Shown: positions 49,692 through 63,454, numbered from the stretch's first letter. The stretch is 64,000 bases of DNA from Lingula anatina (GCA_051362555.1 CM120641.1:27782401-27846400), one strand, 5' to 3'. Notes: generated by a model not told the origin, from the letters alone. A program made the numbers and translations.

Positions 49692-52618
49692 AATAAGAAC
49701 AATTAAAAAAAATCGAGACATATCTTATATTTAAATGCCATGCTTTTTTGTTTTAAAATGCATTTTTGTATAGTTAAAGTGCTTCCGGTCTAATTCACAC
49801 AGAATCAATCAACATATTAAACGTACCAGAAAAATTTCTTCTGGTTTCATCTTGAATATGAGCATACATGTTTGAATAGCGGCGTGGGACCTGGCAACAA
49901 AGGCAAAATAGTTAATGTACCTGAAATAAACTATTTCACGATCAAACCATTTACGTGGAAATGTGATGTGAACTTTTGTGAAAAGATCCATTGTACATTC
50001 TTTAACGCCCATATATATAAAATATGTTAACATAACATTAAAATTCTTAGTGTAAAAATGCTCACTTGTACTGGAGCGTGCACATTCTGGAAAGGCAAAT
50101 ACAAAAAGAGAGGTCTGTTCTTGTCGTGGTTGGTGATAATTCGCTTGGCTCTCATGGCGAACAGCTCCTAAATGACAAGAAGAATAGAGCGACATGCAAC
50201 TATGTCTCTGTCATTTGTATACGTGGTATAATCGCTGATAATCGAGACAATGTTAAAAAGCGTGCGAAAATAAACTGTTGATACATGTACGTAAATGTAT
50301 TTTATGAGGTTCACATTTATATATTTTGATAATATTCATTGGCATAAAGTCTTCTGAAAAAATTTGGATTTTAGACTCAAAATAATTATGTGACGCTTTT
50401 TACATTATTAATTATATTATAATTATAATCATTATTATTATTACGACCTTTTCACATCACAGGGTATACATGCACATCTAGTATTGGTTCATAAAAATTG
50501 CGTACCTACATGTAGAAACGAATAAAAATAGCATTTCCTTGAATATCATAGTTGATATACTGCATTACATGTTGTGACCTGTCTTACCGCTGAGTAGATT
50601 CCCCCGTCTAACCGGTCAGGCTTTTCGTCGTCACGTAGGTCCAATGCGTTATTACCTCCAAATAACACAGTGCAAGAAGTTTGAATAAAGTAAGATTATT
50701 GAAACCATATTCGTTATGTTGTAAATCTTGCGTAATTTCACATGTTAATTTTCCTTGGCGTTTTTTTTTCAGTTTGATAGTGTATAAATAAACAAAAGTG
50801 CGATGTAAAAAGCGTCACATAAACAATTACTTTGGTAATACATAGGCCAACTGATATGTTTTAAATGTTTAAGATCATTTACACACATGTATGATTATTT
50901 TTTTAAAAATTGTAACTTGAAAATATTATTGTCGCTGTTTTGTACATAAGGATCGATGCACCACATTGAATCCCTGACCCAGTCTTAAACGGATAGTTTT
51001 CCAAATAACGTATTATTATTTATTTACAATAATTGTGTTCTTAAAGTCTGTTAGCAAGCAGCACAGAAAGCGGTAATAAAGCTCACGTGTATGAGCATAG
51101 TAATCTTCCATTCCGCTGTAAAAGCCGAAGAAACTGTCAAAACCGCGGTACGTTGGTGTGCAGTTCCAGTTGCAGAAGCCGAGGTGCCATCTTTTATTAA
51201 TAGAAAAAAATCAGCTGATGTATATGACGCCTTCCTAACTTCAATTCAAACAAAAAAAGGCCAAACATGTTTTATGATTCCTTTTGATTATATCAATGAA
51301 TGATTACGAAAAAGCTAAAACTAGGATATAGATGTTACATTTGTAGATTGTGCAAATAATATAACGGACCACAGTATAGTGTCATAACAGTTAAATCTGA
51401 CAAGCACTCAACCAACTCAACAGGCCAGGCTTGTACCCTGCATTTTCGGACTGCCACGGAAATCGCATGATGGAAAGAGACTCCCTCTCCCAACTACACG
51501 TACGCTCTCCCCTCCCTCATGTACCCTCACCCCCCCCCCATAAAAATTGACTTCGGGTATCTGCAATAATATTGGAATTATACAATAAAAAGGGGAAATA
51601 ACTTACTTTCCAACCATATGTGTTGCATAGCCTTGTTTTCTGAGCACCTCTGGCAGGAAGGTGACATTATATGGGGCACATACCGGCTGAAGCGGATGTA
51701 TAGTCCCATGTTGTAAGCCCGCCTTCCATGGATACAGACCTGTCATAAAGGCGCTTCTAGATCTGGAAAAGGGAAGAAAATTTTCCCGACTATGAGCCAA
51801 GTTTAAAGACGTCGGGATCATGTAACCTTGTAACCAACACAAGCACAGCGAAAGAAAAGACCACATTTTCTCATGAGTGAGGGTTGACTTAGGCCTATCT
51901 GTAGACATTGCATGTAAGCCGAGGCCGAGTCACATATTGGCAACTCAGCTAAACAATGTACACCAGGTCCCCGTCTCACAAAGAATCTTTAATTCTTAGT
52001 TGGCTAGGATGTTCCTGATAGGGTAGGACGTGTGCATGTGTCCATGTAACGTTAGTAACAAAGATGTTAGCCAAGGAAATGATTAAAAATTTTTAATTTT
52101 ATTGTTATTATCATTTTTTGTGAAGCTGGGACCAGGTTCCTAAGGTTTAAGGGCAGTCCCAGACAGACAACAAGATATATTTGACGCACGTGTTACTTAC
52201 GGTGTACATACGGGGTGGACGTAACTCTGAGCGAGAATCACTCCCTCGCTGGCTAGTTTATCGATGTTGGGAGACAAAATATCGGGGTTGTTAAAACCCA
52301 CGTCGTTAAAGCCTGAAACAGTAACAATAGATCAAAGGCATATATAAGTAAAAACGACACCTTTGTTTGATCAAAAAACATTGACAGCAGCTATATCATG
52401 CACCCCTGCGTCGATTGCACTGATGTTTTAAATAGTATATTTTCTTCCATCTGAACATGTAATTCCACATTTTTAAAGGAAGGCCCCTACGAGTACACCT
52501 GTGACTTGCCTAAATCATCTGCAACTATAAACACAATGTTTGGAAGCTTGGCATACGTAAAACTCGAGCAAAGACCCGCAACAAGCACGAGCACAGTCAA
52601 ACATTTGTCTGGAGCCAT
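47340..52618 (-). CDS. Arylsulfatase B/I/J-like sulfatase, copy A, 13 exons, 501 aa
   Basis: Exons 52510-52618, 52201-52312, 51607-51762, 51087-51190, 50588-50655, 50066-50167, 49827-49890, 49504-49601, 49179-49315, 48754-48812, 48496-48625, 47932-48125, 47340-47512 (1506 nt). Signal peptide, [17 protein letters not shown] formylglycine motif, [34 protein letters not shown], terminal WTPGWC. Confidence 0.95.
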
Positions 52619-53496
52619 GATTTGTGACCAAAACACTGTCTTCTGTTGGCCCATTTTGCTTTATATAGCCTATATACGCTATAAATAGAGTATGGCGCAA
52701 ACAATAAGGTCAATAAATAGGACGATAATAAAAAGGCGAGGTCAATATGTAGGGCAAAACATTTTAAAGCGTAACTTAGGATGTCTCGTCTCAGAATCGC
52801 TCGTTTGCAAGAAGCAGTCTATTATTTTCAGCAGCATATGAATATGTCATCGATATTATTTTGGTTCGCACTGGGTGTCTGATTTCTCCTTTTCTTTTCT
52901 TTTTTGTTTCTATTTTGAAATGTAACTCGAAAGCTGCCCATGCCCTGCGCTGTCCCCATTTGGGTCATATATAGATAGACAGTTAAATATATATATATAT
53001 AATATAGATATAGATATAGATATAGGCAGTTAAATATAGACCAAGACAATTGCGATATATTTATTTATCTAATTTAAAATATGAACCTTGGTTATTTCTC
53101 AACATTTTACATGTCTTACCGATAGAAATTAGAAATCATTCGAATAAAATCAAGCTTAGAAACCAACGTTCAAACAACTGATTAATTTAGGGTGGGTGGG
53201 AGAGATAAAATGAGACGTATATATCACACATTTCATAAATGAATGACACATAAAAAATAAATAAACAAATTAATTAATAATGTAGTACATGTAATAATAA
53301 CTTTACCTTGAGATTTCAACACTTTCCCCTCATGACCAAGGAATATCATAATCCAAAACAGTAAAATCTTTCACGTAAGAAAGCAGACTGTGATTTTCTC
53401 AACAGTTTTGCATAGGATATACCTTGAGGATTAAGAAAGGATTAGAAAGGATTTTATTATTATTATTATTATTATTATTATGCTTTATAAACGTCT

Positions 53497-53553
53497 CACG
53501 TGCACTGCATGCCCTCTGCAAATAAAGATATAAAGATCACGTGTGGGTGACGT
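53497..53553. promoter_or_regulatory. E-box/CRE cluster upstream of arylsulfatase copy A
   Basis: TCACGTG cores at 53497-53502 and 53538-53543, TGACGT at 53548-53553; largely retained in copy B (60441-60497); just upstream of a conserved minus-strand donor at ~53306 (putative 5' UTR exon). Confidence 0.45.
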
Positions 53554-54160
53554 ATCAGTGCAAAACAGGAACGAAAGGAATGGCGTGATCTTTCAGAGTT
53601 AAAAATTAACCCAGAAAATCTGTCTCCGAGCTGGGAGTGTTCGTTTCAGACGACAAGGACTGAGCTTTGAAGAACGTAAAAGATTAAACTTTGAGCAAGC
53701 AAAATGGTCCTTAGTATTCGATTCTCATCAATGCATAAACAACTCAACATTCAATTCATAATGTTTTGGTCTTCATGATTGTATCAAACTGCCAGACACT
53801 TAACATGTGGCCGTTATATTACCGTCAGTGTACTCATGTCTCTCTTTTTTTTCCTCGTTTCGAGAAAAGTACTTCACTTGATTTTTTATTATGTAAAGCG
53901 CATTATTTCATATACTGTATCTATTCATTTTACATAGGTGTTGGTCACTAAATACGATATGATTAGAGAGTGAAAATGTATTTGACAATATTTCAGAAAA
54001 ATAAAATAAATAAAATAAAAATAAAATAAAATAAATGAATAAATGAATAAATAATAAAATTTAAAAATTACAACAGGAATCTTATATAAACTTTCCGTTC
54101 ATATTTCTCGTGTCAGTTCATTTTAAACCGATATTATTCCATAGTAGCATATCAACATTA

Positions 54161-56047
54161 TCAGCACCATCCCGGTGTCCAAACTCCCCCAAAATTGTTC
54201 GGATTTCCTTTGTTATCCCCCGGTGGGGCATTCGCGGGTACCATCTCTTGCTGTGCCAGTTCCAACTTGATCTTCATATCTTGCACAACTTGGGGCATGG
54301 TGTGGACCAAATTTTTCTGCTCCGTAGGATCATCTGCGGGGAGAGAACAAAATCAGAACAAATCAAGGGTGCAACAAAACGATGTACTATACGTAATCTG
54401 CTTAACACTTAAAAGGTACGTACTCTATACGGGATTTATTAAATGAATTTTACTAGGGAGAAAAATTATCTTACTCATTCACTGTGGCTTGACCCGTCCC
54501 TGCACTTGGATTGTCTTAGTCCATTTTTAATTAAATGATTTAGTTTCAACAGGCACTGTCAAAGTCAGGCACTTTTATTTAGCGGTTTTATATTTTTAAG
54601 GGCTAAAGCTTTGCAGGAAATGTAGACACAGAATACATGACTTTGAAAAAATGTCAAACGCATAAAGTAACCTTTAAGTGTTTAACTGGAAGCCCCCCCC
54701 CCTCCCAGCAAGTAATATAAGACACATATAGTGCTTCATTTTTAAAACTTACCCCTTATATTAAACAGTGCGTGCTCAAAATATTCTGGTAGCGTTTTCG
54801 ATTTCCGCATGTATTTGTGGAAGACATCAAGGCTGTCTCTGTCATCATCCAAGTTCAAATACTTTCGGGACTGTTGAAACTTAGGTGGTACGGCCCAGCC
54901 ACTGAACGGCCCAGGGAATCCTTTGATGTACTTGTAATCGCCGACTCTAAAAATGTACCATGGGCAAGAATTCGTCATATGCCAAAATATTTTATCAGTA
55001 TTACATCATCTGGAGCTTGGGCAAAATCCAGTGACCACCTTGAATTTCAATGGACACTGGGGTCTTACCTCTATATTGAGTTGGTGAGTTCCCAGCGTTC
55101 TTTAAAACACGGACTTGGGGAAGGGGGGTTGGGCAGGGATGGCGGACTCGGGGGAGGGGGGATCTGCAGCAGATCTGGGATTTGAACCTTGCTTACAAAC
55201 ACGCTCCATTAAAGATTGCCATAAGCATTTCACTCAGTGTTTTCTTAGAATTATAATATACTGTACAGAATAAATGTTTGGCGCGCATAGGATTCTATGT
55301 AATTACTTGAAAAACACTCCAAGAGCGCAGACCTCCGCCAAGGCAGCGATTTTTTATTATTATTGATTATTGATTAATTATTGATCCTGATCACCACCAA
55401 AAACTAATCACCTCTTCCTTGGCCCACTTCTGACAGTTCCTGAAAATTTCATCAAAATCGGTCCATAACTTTTTTAGTTATGTTGATGACAAACAAACAA
55501 ACAGACAGACAAACAGGGGCGAAAACATAACCTCCTTGGCGGAGGTAAAAGAAATAAATGAAATAATAACAGTACCTGATAGCGGCATGCCCTTGGAGTG
55601 GAGGGAATTTATTGTCTAAGTGATAGACGAACTCTGTTCTAGCGGAATCTATTCCAAACTTCAGCATAGGCCACAGGTTCATACTGTCCATGTTAATGTT
55701 TTCGGCTAAAGATATGAAAAAGATCATACTCATAAAGTAACTCCACATGTTTTATGTATTGTAACTATATTAGTCCTTTTGAAGTGAAAATTGTTATCGT
55801 CTCGATTATACTCAAAAATCTTTAGGTTGAATTACCTGGAGAGCCACCAGCAACCGCCAGAAAAGTTTGGAACCAATCGACAGCGTGGAATTTTCTGGAA
55901 TGTACATAACTGTTTATTCTGTTTCGCCCTCATTTTTTCGGTTCCTCGGTAATTGTCTCTAATAAATGTGAGCCAGATTGTCTGTTCACGAGGAAAATAA
56001 AGACTAGTGGAATTTTCTGGAATGTACATAACTGTTTATTCTATTTA

Positions 56048-56118
<71 letters not shown>

Positions 56119-59100
56119 TACCTCAGTAATGGTCTCCAGTAAATGTGACCCAGATTGTCTGTCTGACTAGACTTGAAAGACGACTTTGCGTCTTACATTG
56201 AATTAAGGAGGTATAAGTTATAAACACCTTAATTTGATCTCAGACATAAGCAGCTCTTTCCTTTTTCTTTTACCCAAAGATACTCCGTTACCTACCCGTT
56301 GTGCCTGTACCCCGTTTTCTGTAGCATAGGGCCGTGGACGAATGCGACTGCCCTGGTGCCACCTTCCCAAATAGTCATCTTGGAACCTCGAAAGGGAAAG
56401 TTGTTCCCTCCCTGGTTAGGGTTACCTCCATTCTTCAATTAAAGAGAATAAACACAGAAATCTTTGGGCCACCATTAGTGTTCTTATTCAGACACCGTAA
56501 GATTCTTAAAATGTCTGCCAATGGCACTGAAAAGATAATTCTCTGATTTTCGGTAAGCAGAATGGTTTGCATCATATGAAATTTAATGGATTTGAAACAG
56601 TAGTACACAATATGTATACTGGTTTATGACATACTCACATCAGACGTAAAAGCTATCAGAGTGTTGTCATAGATTCCTGCGTCTTTCAGTGCAGTTGTGA
56701 TGTTTCCAATTGCTTCATCCATAGCACTTACCATACCTGTCGAACAATGACTTTAAGTTTACAGGAATGTAATATTATTGACAAAAAAAAGTACAACAAT
56801 GAAAAAAATCGAGACATTTCTTTCATTTAAATGCCATGCTTTTTTTGTTTTAAAAATGCATTTTTGTATAGTTTAAAGTACTTGCTGTGTAATTCACACA
56901 GAATAAATTAACATATTGAACGTACCAGAAAAATTTCTTCTGGTTTCATCTTGAATATGAGCATACATGTTTGAATAGCGGTGTGGGACCTGGTAACAAA
57001 GGTAAAATAGTTAATGTACCTGAAATAAACTACTTCACGATCAAATCATTTACGTGGAAATGTGATGTGGACTTTTGTGAAAAGATGTAAGATACATTGT
57101 ATATTCTTTAACACCCATTTATAATATATATCTTAACATACTGAAAATTCTAAGTGTCTAAATCATTAGGAAATGCTCACCTGTACTGGAGCGTGCACAT
57201 TCTGGAAAGGCAAGTACAAAAAGAGAGGTCTGTTCTTGTCGTGGTTGGTGATAATTCGCTTGGCTCTCTTGGCGAACAGCTCCTAAATGACAAGAAGAAT
57301 AGAGCGACATGCCACTATCACTCTGTCATTTGCATACGTGGTATAATCTCTGATAATAGAGACAATGTTAAAAAGCGTGCGAAAATAAACTATCAATAGT
57401 ACGTAAATGTACGTAAATGTATTTTATGAGGTTCCGATTTATATATTTTGATAATATTCATTGGCATAAAGTCTTATGAACAAATTTGGATTTTAGTCTC
57501 AAAATAAATATAATTATGATTATTATTATGACCTTTTCACATCACAGGGTATACATGCACATTTAGTATTGATTATAAGTACATGTAGAAACGAATAAAA
57601 ATAGCACTTCCTTGAATGTCATAGTTGATATACTACAATAAATGTTGTGACTAGTCTTACCGCTGAGTAGATTCCTCCCTCTAACCGGTCAGGCTTTTCG
57701 TCGTCACGCAAGTCCAACGCGTTAACACCTTCAAATAACACAGTGCAAGAAGTTTGAGTAAAGTAAGATTATTGGAACCATCTTCGTTATGTTGTAAATC
57801 TTGTGCAGTTGACCATGTTAATTTTCCAAGGCGTGTTTTTTTTTTGGTTTGATACTGCATAAATAAACGAAGTGCGATTGAAAAAAGCATCACATAAACA
57901 ACTAATATGTTTGAAATGTTTAAGATCATTTACATGCATGTATGATTTTAAAAAAAATTAACTTGAAAATATTATTGACGCTGTTTTGTACAGAAGGATG
58001 CAGCACATTTGATCCCTGACCCGGTCTTAAACGGATAGTTTTCCAAATAAACATATTATTATTTATTTATCTATAATAATTGTGTTCCTTAACCTCTGTT
58101 AGCAAGCAGCACAGATAGCGGTAATTAAACTCACCTAGCGTATGAGCATAGTAATCTTCCTGTCCGTTGTAAAAGCCGAAGAAACTGTCAAAACCGCGGT
58201 ACGTTGGTGTGCAGTTCCAGTTGCAGAAGCCGAGGTGCCATCTTTTGTTAATAGAAAAAAATCAGCTGATGAATATAACGCCTAACTTCAAATCAAACTG
58301 AAAAAGGCCAAATACATGTTTTATGATTCCCTTTGATTATATCAATGAATGATTACGAAAAAGCTAAAACTAGGGTATACAAAGATGTTACATTTATAGA
58401 TTATGCAAATAATGTAATGGACTACAGTTTAGTCAGAACAGTTCAATCTGACAAGCACTCAACCAACTCAACGCCTGGTCAGACTTGTAGCCTCCATTTT
58501 TGGACGGTTACTGTTCCCGCATGACGGGAACCCCCCCCCCCCCCCCAAAAAAAAAAAATTGACTTTGGTTTGGGTATCTGTAATAATACTGAAAAATACA
58601 AAAAAAATATTAACATAGTTGTGCATAAAAAAACTCACTTTCCAATAATATGTGTTGCATAGCCTTGTTCTTTGAGTACCTCTGGCAGGAGGGTGACATT
58701 ATATGGGGCACACACCGGCTGCAGCGGCAATAAAGCCCCGTGTTGTAAGCCCGTCTTCCATGGATACAGACCTGTTAAAAAGGCACTTCTAGATCTGGAA
58801 AAGGACAGACAAAATTCCAACTGTGAGACATTAAGTGAATATGAAATGTTTCCCTTAATCGATTTACAGACAGGTTTATGTAACCTTGTAATCTACATAT
58901 GTACAGCGAAAGTAAAAAACACATTTCCTCATGAGTGAATAATGACTATCTGTAGCACTAGGATGTATGCATGTGCCCTCGGGACTGTTGTAACACTGTT
59001 TCTGATTGGGTAAGATGTGTTCATGTGTCCATGTAACGTTGGTAACAAAGCTGTAAGCTATGGAACTGACTTAAGTTTGACTTACAGGGCAGTATTCATT

Positions 59101-59538
59101 AACAGTCAACAAGATATATTTGACGCACGTGTTACTTACGGTGTACATACAGGGTGGACGTAACTCTGATTGAGGATCACTCCCTCGCTGGCTAGTTTAT
59201 CGATGTTGGGAGACAAAATATTGGGGTTGTTAAAACCCACGTCGTTGAAGCCTGAAACAGTAACAATAGATCGAAAGCATATATAAGTAAAAACGACACC
59301 TTTGCTTATCAAAAACAGCTATATGATGCACCCCCGCTTCTATTGCACTGGTGCATTAAATAGTATATTTTCTTCCGACTGAATATATAATTCGACATTT
59401 TTGAAGGTATGAGTACACCTGTGACTTGCCTAAATCATCTGCAACTATAAACACAATGTTTGGAAGCTTGGCATACGTAAAACTCGCGCAAAGACCAGCA
59501 ACAAGCATGAACACAGTCAAACATTTGTCTGAAGCCAT
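54161..59538 (-). CDS. Arylsulfatase B/I/J-like sulfatase, copy B, 13 exons, 502 aa
   Basis: Exons 59430-59538, 59140-59251, 58639-58794, 58135-58241, 57661-57728, 57181-57282, 56926-56989, 56639-56736, 56296-56432, 55836-55894, 55576-55705, 54753-54946, 54161-54333 (1509 nt); same catalytic motifs as copy A, no disablements seen. Confidence 0.95.
55307..55547. mobile_element. HINE/DINE-like (Helentron-type) non-autonomous element inserted only in arylsulfatase copy B intron 11
   Basis: Subterminal inverted repeats ACCTCCGCCAAGG / CCTTGGCGGAGGT and internal (ACAA/ACAG)n microsatellite; absent from the equivalent intron of copy A (~48465). Confidence 0.78.
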
Positions 59539-60389
59539 GATTTGTGACTAAGACATTGTCTTCTGTTGGTGCATTGTGTTTTATACCTACGTTTATACAG
59601 TGTGACGCAAACAAAAAGGTCAATAAACAGGACGTTCATCATACAATAAAAAGGCAAGTCCTATATGCGCGTTGAGGTCAAAATGTAGGACAAAAAGGAT
59701 CTGATTCCATTAAAGTGAACTTAGAACACTTAGGATGTCTCGTCTCAGAATCGCTCGTTTCAAGAAGCAAATGATTATTTTCAATATCATATGAGTATGT
59801 CATCGACATTATTTTGGTTCGCGCTGTGGGCGTCGAACATCTTTCTTTCTTTTCTTTTTTGAAATGTAACGCGAAAGCTACCCATTCATAGTCCCGCGCT
59901 GTCCCCATTTAGGTCAGGTCACAAGTTAAATATAGACCAAGACAATTGGGAAATATTTATTTACCGAATTAACCTTGGTTATTTCTCAACACTGTACATG
60001 TCATCGATAGAAATTAGAAATAATTCGAATGACATCAAACTTAGAAACCATCGTTCAAACAAATGATTAATTAAGGGCGCGTGGTAGAGGTAAAAAAGAG
60101 ACGTATATATATAACACACATAACGAATGAATGAATGAATGATTAAATACACAAATTAATTAATTAATTAAGTAGTACATGTAACAATAACTTTACCTTG
60201 AGATTTCAACACACCCCCCTCATCGCCAAGGTATATCACAATCCAAAACAGCAATTGAGGTGGAGACAGGTGAATCTTTCTCGTAATAGAGAAAAAAATT
60301 AGAACTCAAAAGCGGGTTTAATTCATAGACTGTAATTTTCTCAACAGATTTGCATAGGATATATACCTTGGTGATTAAGAAAGGATTAA

Positions 60390-60423
<34 letters not shown>

Positions 60424-62306
60424 TTGCTTAAAAAACGTCTCACGTGCACTACACGCCCTCTGCAAATAAAGATATAAAGATCACGCGTGGGTGACGTATC
60501 AATGCAAAACAGAAACGAAAGGGATGCCGTTATCTTTCAGAGTTAAAAATTAACCAGAAAATCTATTTCTGAGCTGTGAGTGTTCACCTCAGACGGCAAG
60601 GACTGAGCCTTGAAGTACGTAAAAGACTAAATAAAGTATATGTGTCAACTAAGCTAAGACTTATATATATGCTTATTTAAAGCAGTGAAAGAATCGCATT
60701 TACTCTTAAAGCATACTTTGGTGTTTTTTAAATAGGGCATCATCTTTGGAAGTACCCAAGACCCAGTAAACATCTTTCGAAATCCGTTCTCGACGGTACA
60801 CTGTTGAAACCTTGGACATAATAACGTTATTATGTCCAAGTTGAAACTGATTTAAGTTATTTTCGATACAAAAGAAGAATAGTATAGTTCTTTCTTGTAT
60901 TTTTTGCGCACCACACTATAAAATATGCACCTAATATTGGAGTCCCATTTCTTGCCCTCAAAAATAGCAACATCGCTTTATCTTCCCCACCGCACCCCAC
61001 CCCTCTTAACCACTATGTAACATCGCTCGTTTGTTTCCGGGACGTTCTAATACATGTACGAGTAGCTCCTAATATACAAATTCTTGAAAAAACATATCTC
61101 AATTCAACATCATGTTCCATGGGCAACATGCACAGCACCCTTCAACAGTTAATTAAAGGTCAAGAAGTCCTGCACACATGAACAGTATATTAGTTATACA
61201 TTTTTTCATCGACTTCTGACGTTTGCCGGACGCTATTATTTGAGTTGGTGTCAGATGAGCGTGGGATATATCAATATTTACCATGGTAGGATTTCGGCTT
61301 CAAAAAATATTCTCGTTTTGGCACGTTACGCTTTATAATAATCAATCACAGGGAGTTTGTAATAGCCTATCCACTCTTTTCTTTTTTAGCCCGATTGACA
61401 TTACTGAAGGTTCAAACGCCAAAATCTGTCATACACGTATCTTATTAATTCATAAAATATCGTGGCATTAATGACTGCTTTGATTAATTTGTGGTTATTT
61501 GACGTCAATCTTCATCAAGTGTTTTTAAAAAAAAGAATTAAAAACATATCTTCAAAAAGTTTTATAATTGATTTGACTGGCTGTTATCTTTTACATTGTA
61601 CAATTTATTTTTAATATCTTAAAATCCTGTCCATCAATTCAATCACATTTTAGTTCACATCTTAATATCTTACTATCTTAATTACTTTTTCATTTACTTT
61701 ATTCATCTTATTCTGTTAATTTTACCCATGTAAAGTCTACTGAACATTTTATATGGATTTCATAAATAAATAATATTATCATTAATAGCTGGATACAGAA
61801 AAAATATACTAAAAATATCTTTTATAAGCTTTTAAGACAGGGTTCTTGGGATGCAAATAAACACAAATAAAAAATTTACATTACAAAACATTTTTATTAG
61901 AAATGAAAATGAAATATTACAGAATCACACAAAATGAAGAACATTTAACACAGATGCCAGGCAATTATTCCATAATAATATGCTTTATACAATTATCAAA
62001 AGCTTAAGGTACATTTGGTTAATTGAGGAAAATTAGTCAGAATGACTGTGTAAGTTGTTAAAAAGTTATTCTGTATAGCAAAACTATTATGAACATTTGA
62101 ATATAAATTGAATATAAAAATACATATTCAATTATCTTCTTATAAGTAAATGACCATAAAATACTGGCCCTATTGGTCTAAGTAAGATAAATATTAAAAA
62201 ATCTTCCTACTCTTGTTAAATAATATAAGACAAAAAAAGATGCACACCCTGTTTACACAATTTAGAATATGGACACAGAATGATAAGGACAAGAATGCAC
62301 CACATA

Positions 62307-62622
62307 CATAGGCGTCTGCAGAAAATTTTCCAGGGGGGGGGGTCAAAGTACCCTAGGTTCTAGATTCCGGTATTGCCAGCTCGATCTTGACTTCATATAT
62401 AACCAATATCAGCAATACCATTTCTAGTAAAAATGACTCCAAGGTATATTTAATATTTACAAGCTAATTTTTACGTTGCTCTGACACTCAGGGTAGGTCA
62501 AAGTCATTGAAGGGGGAAATAATGATTGGCTGGGTACCCACAATAGAAATGCAGTTCCAAAATCCCAGGGGGGTCAAGTGATCCCATTGACCCCCCCCCC
62601 CCACCCCCTGAGGACGCCCATG
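62307..62622. mobile_element. hAT-like MITE carrying a nested insertion
   Basis: TIR CATAGGCGTC / GACGCCCATG; flanks ACCACATA / TCCACATA (8-bp TSD, one mismatch). Confidence 0.75.
62349..62495. mobile_element. 147-bp element of the 32130-32270 family nested in a MITE
   Basis: Near-identical to 32130-32270; perfect GGTCAAAG 8-bp TSD at 62341-62348 and 62496-62503. Confidence 0.9.
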
Positions 62623-63454
62623 TCCACATACAAAGTCTGTCCACTATATCTCATCCAATAGTGAACCTACATCTGTTGTAGGAAATGGCAGGTTCTGGCA
62701 CTTGACATTGAAAGGGGGCGGTGAAGTACCACTGAGCAAGTCCTACTCTTTCTATCTCTCTACTATTTTTTTTCTTTACTGTAATTCCATTCCTCTATAC
62801 AGTTCAGGGACAGGTGCAGATATGTTTTCTGACAGTCCTCCAAATTATCTTTGTTGATCCATCCTCCATTTTTGACCGTTTTCCGACAGAAAAACTTAGA
62901 TGCCTTTCAATGTAAACTTGAAAAATTCTGACCATCTTCCAAAAGACCCATGGTACACAAATTAAAAAAACTATCCATTCTATATGATTCTCTAAATCTA
63001 GTTCATGAAAACTCTATAGCTAAGGCCTCTACATTGCTTTATGTACCAGCTTTTTTAATTGCCATTTAATTGAAAAGGTGGGAAATATATGCATTCTCAA
63101 AAGATTGTTGATAAAGCTGTAAATCAAATTTCTTAGGCACCGACTATCACAGAAATGCTAAAAATGTTTGAGGTTGATCTTTTTTCACCATTTATCCACA
63201 TTTTCTCTGTAAAAAAAAATACATCTTAGTTATTTCTTTAAAGAATCAATCAGTCATACCAGTAAAAGCCAACATTAAATCAAGCTTACTCTAATGACAT
63301 GATTTCTATATCTGTGGAAAAGAGAGTTGCCTTGTTCACAAAGAAAATTTTGAAACTAACAGAAATTGTTAAATTATATAATGAATTCTGTTACTTTGAA
63401 AGTATCTACCTGTTAATAAACTTTTACTTACATGTGCTATAAGGTAACAACAGA

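Larger units (their letters stand above)
46600..60630. repeat. ~7-kb tandem segmental duplication (unit A ~46600-53690, unit B ~53860-60630)
   Basis: Alignable exons, introns and flanks: TTCGAGAAAAG..CTTGATTTTTTATTA at ~46600 and ~53860; GACAAGGACTGAGC..CGTAAAAGA at ~53652-53682 and ~60595-60627. Confidence 0.93.
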
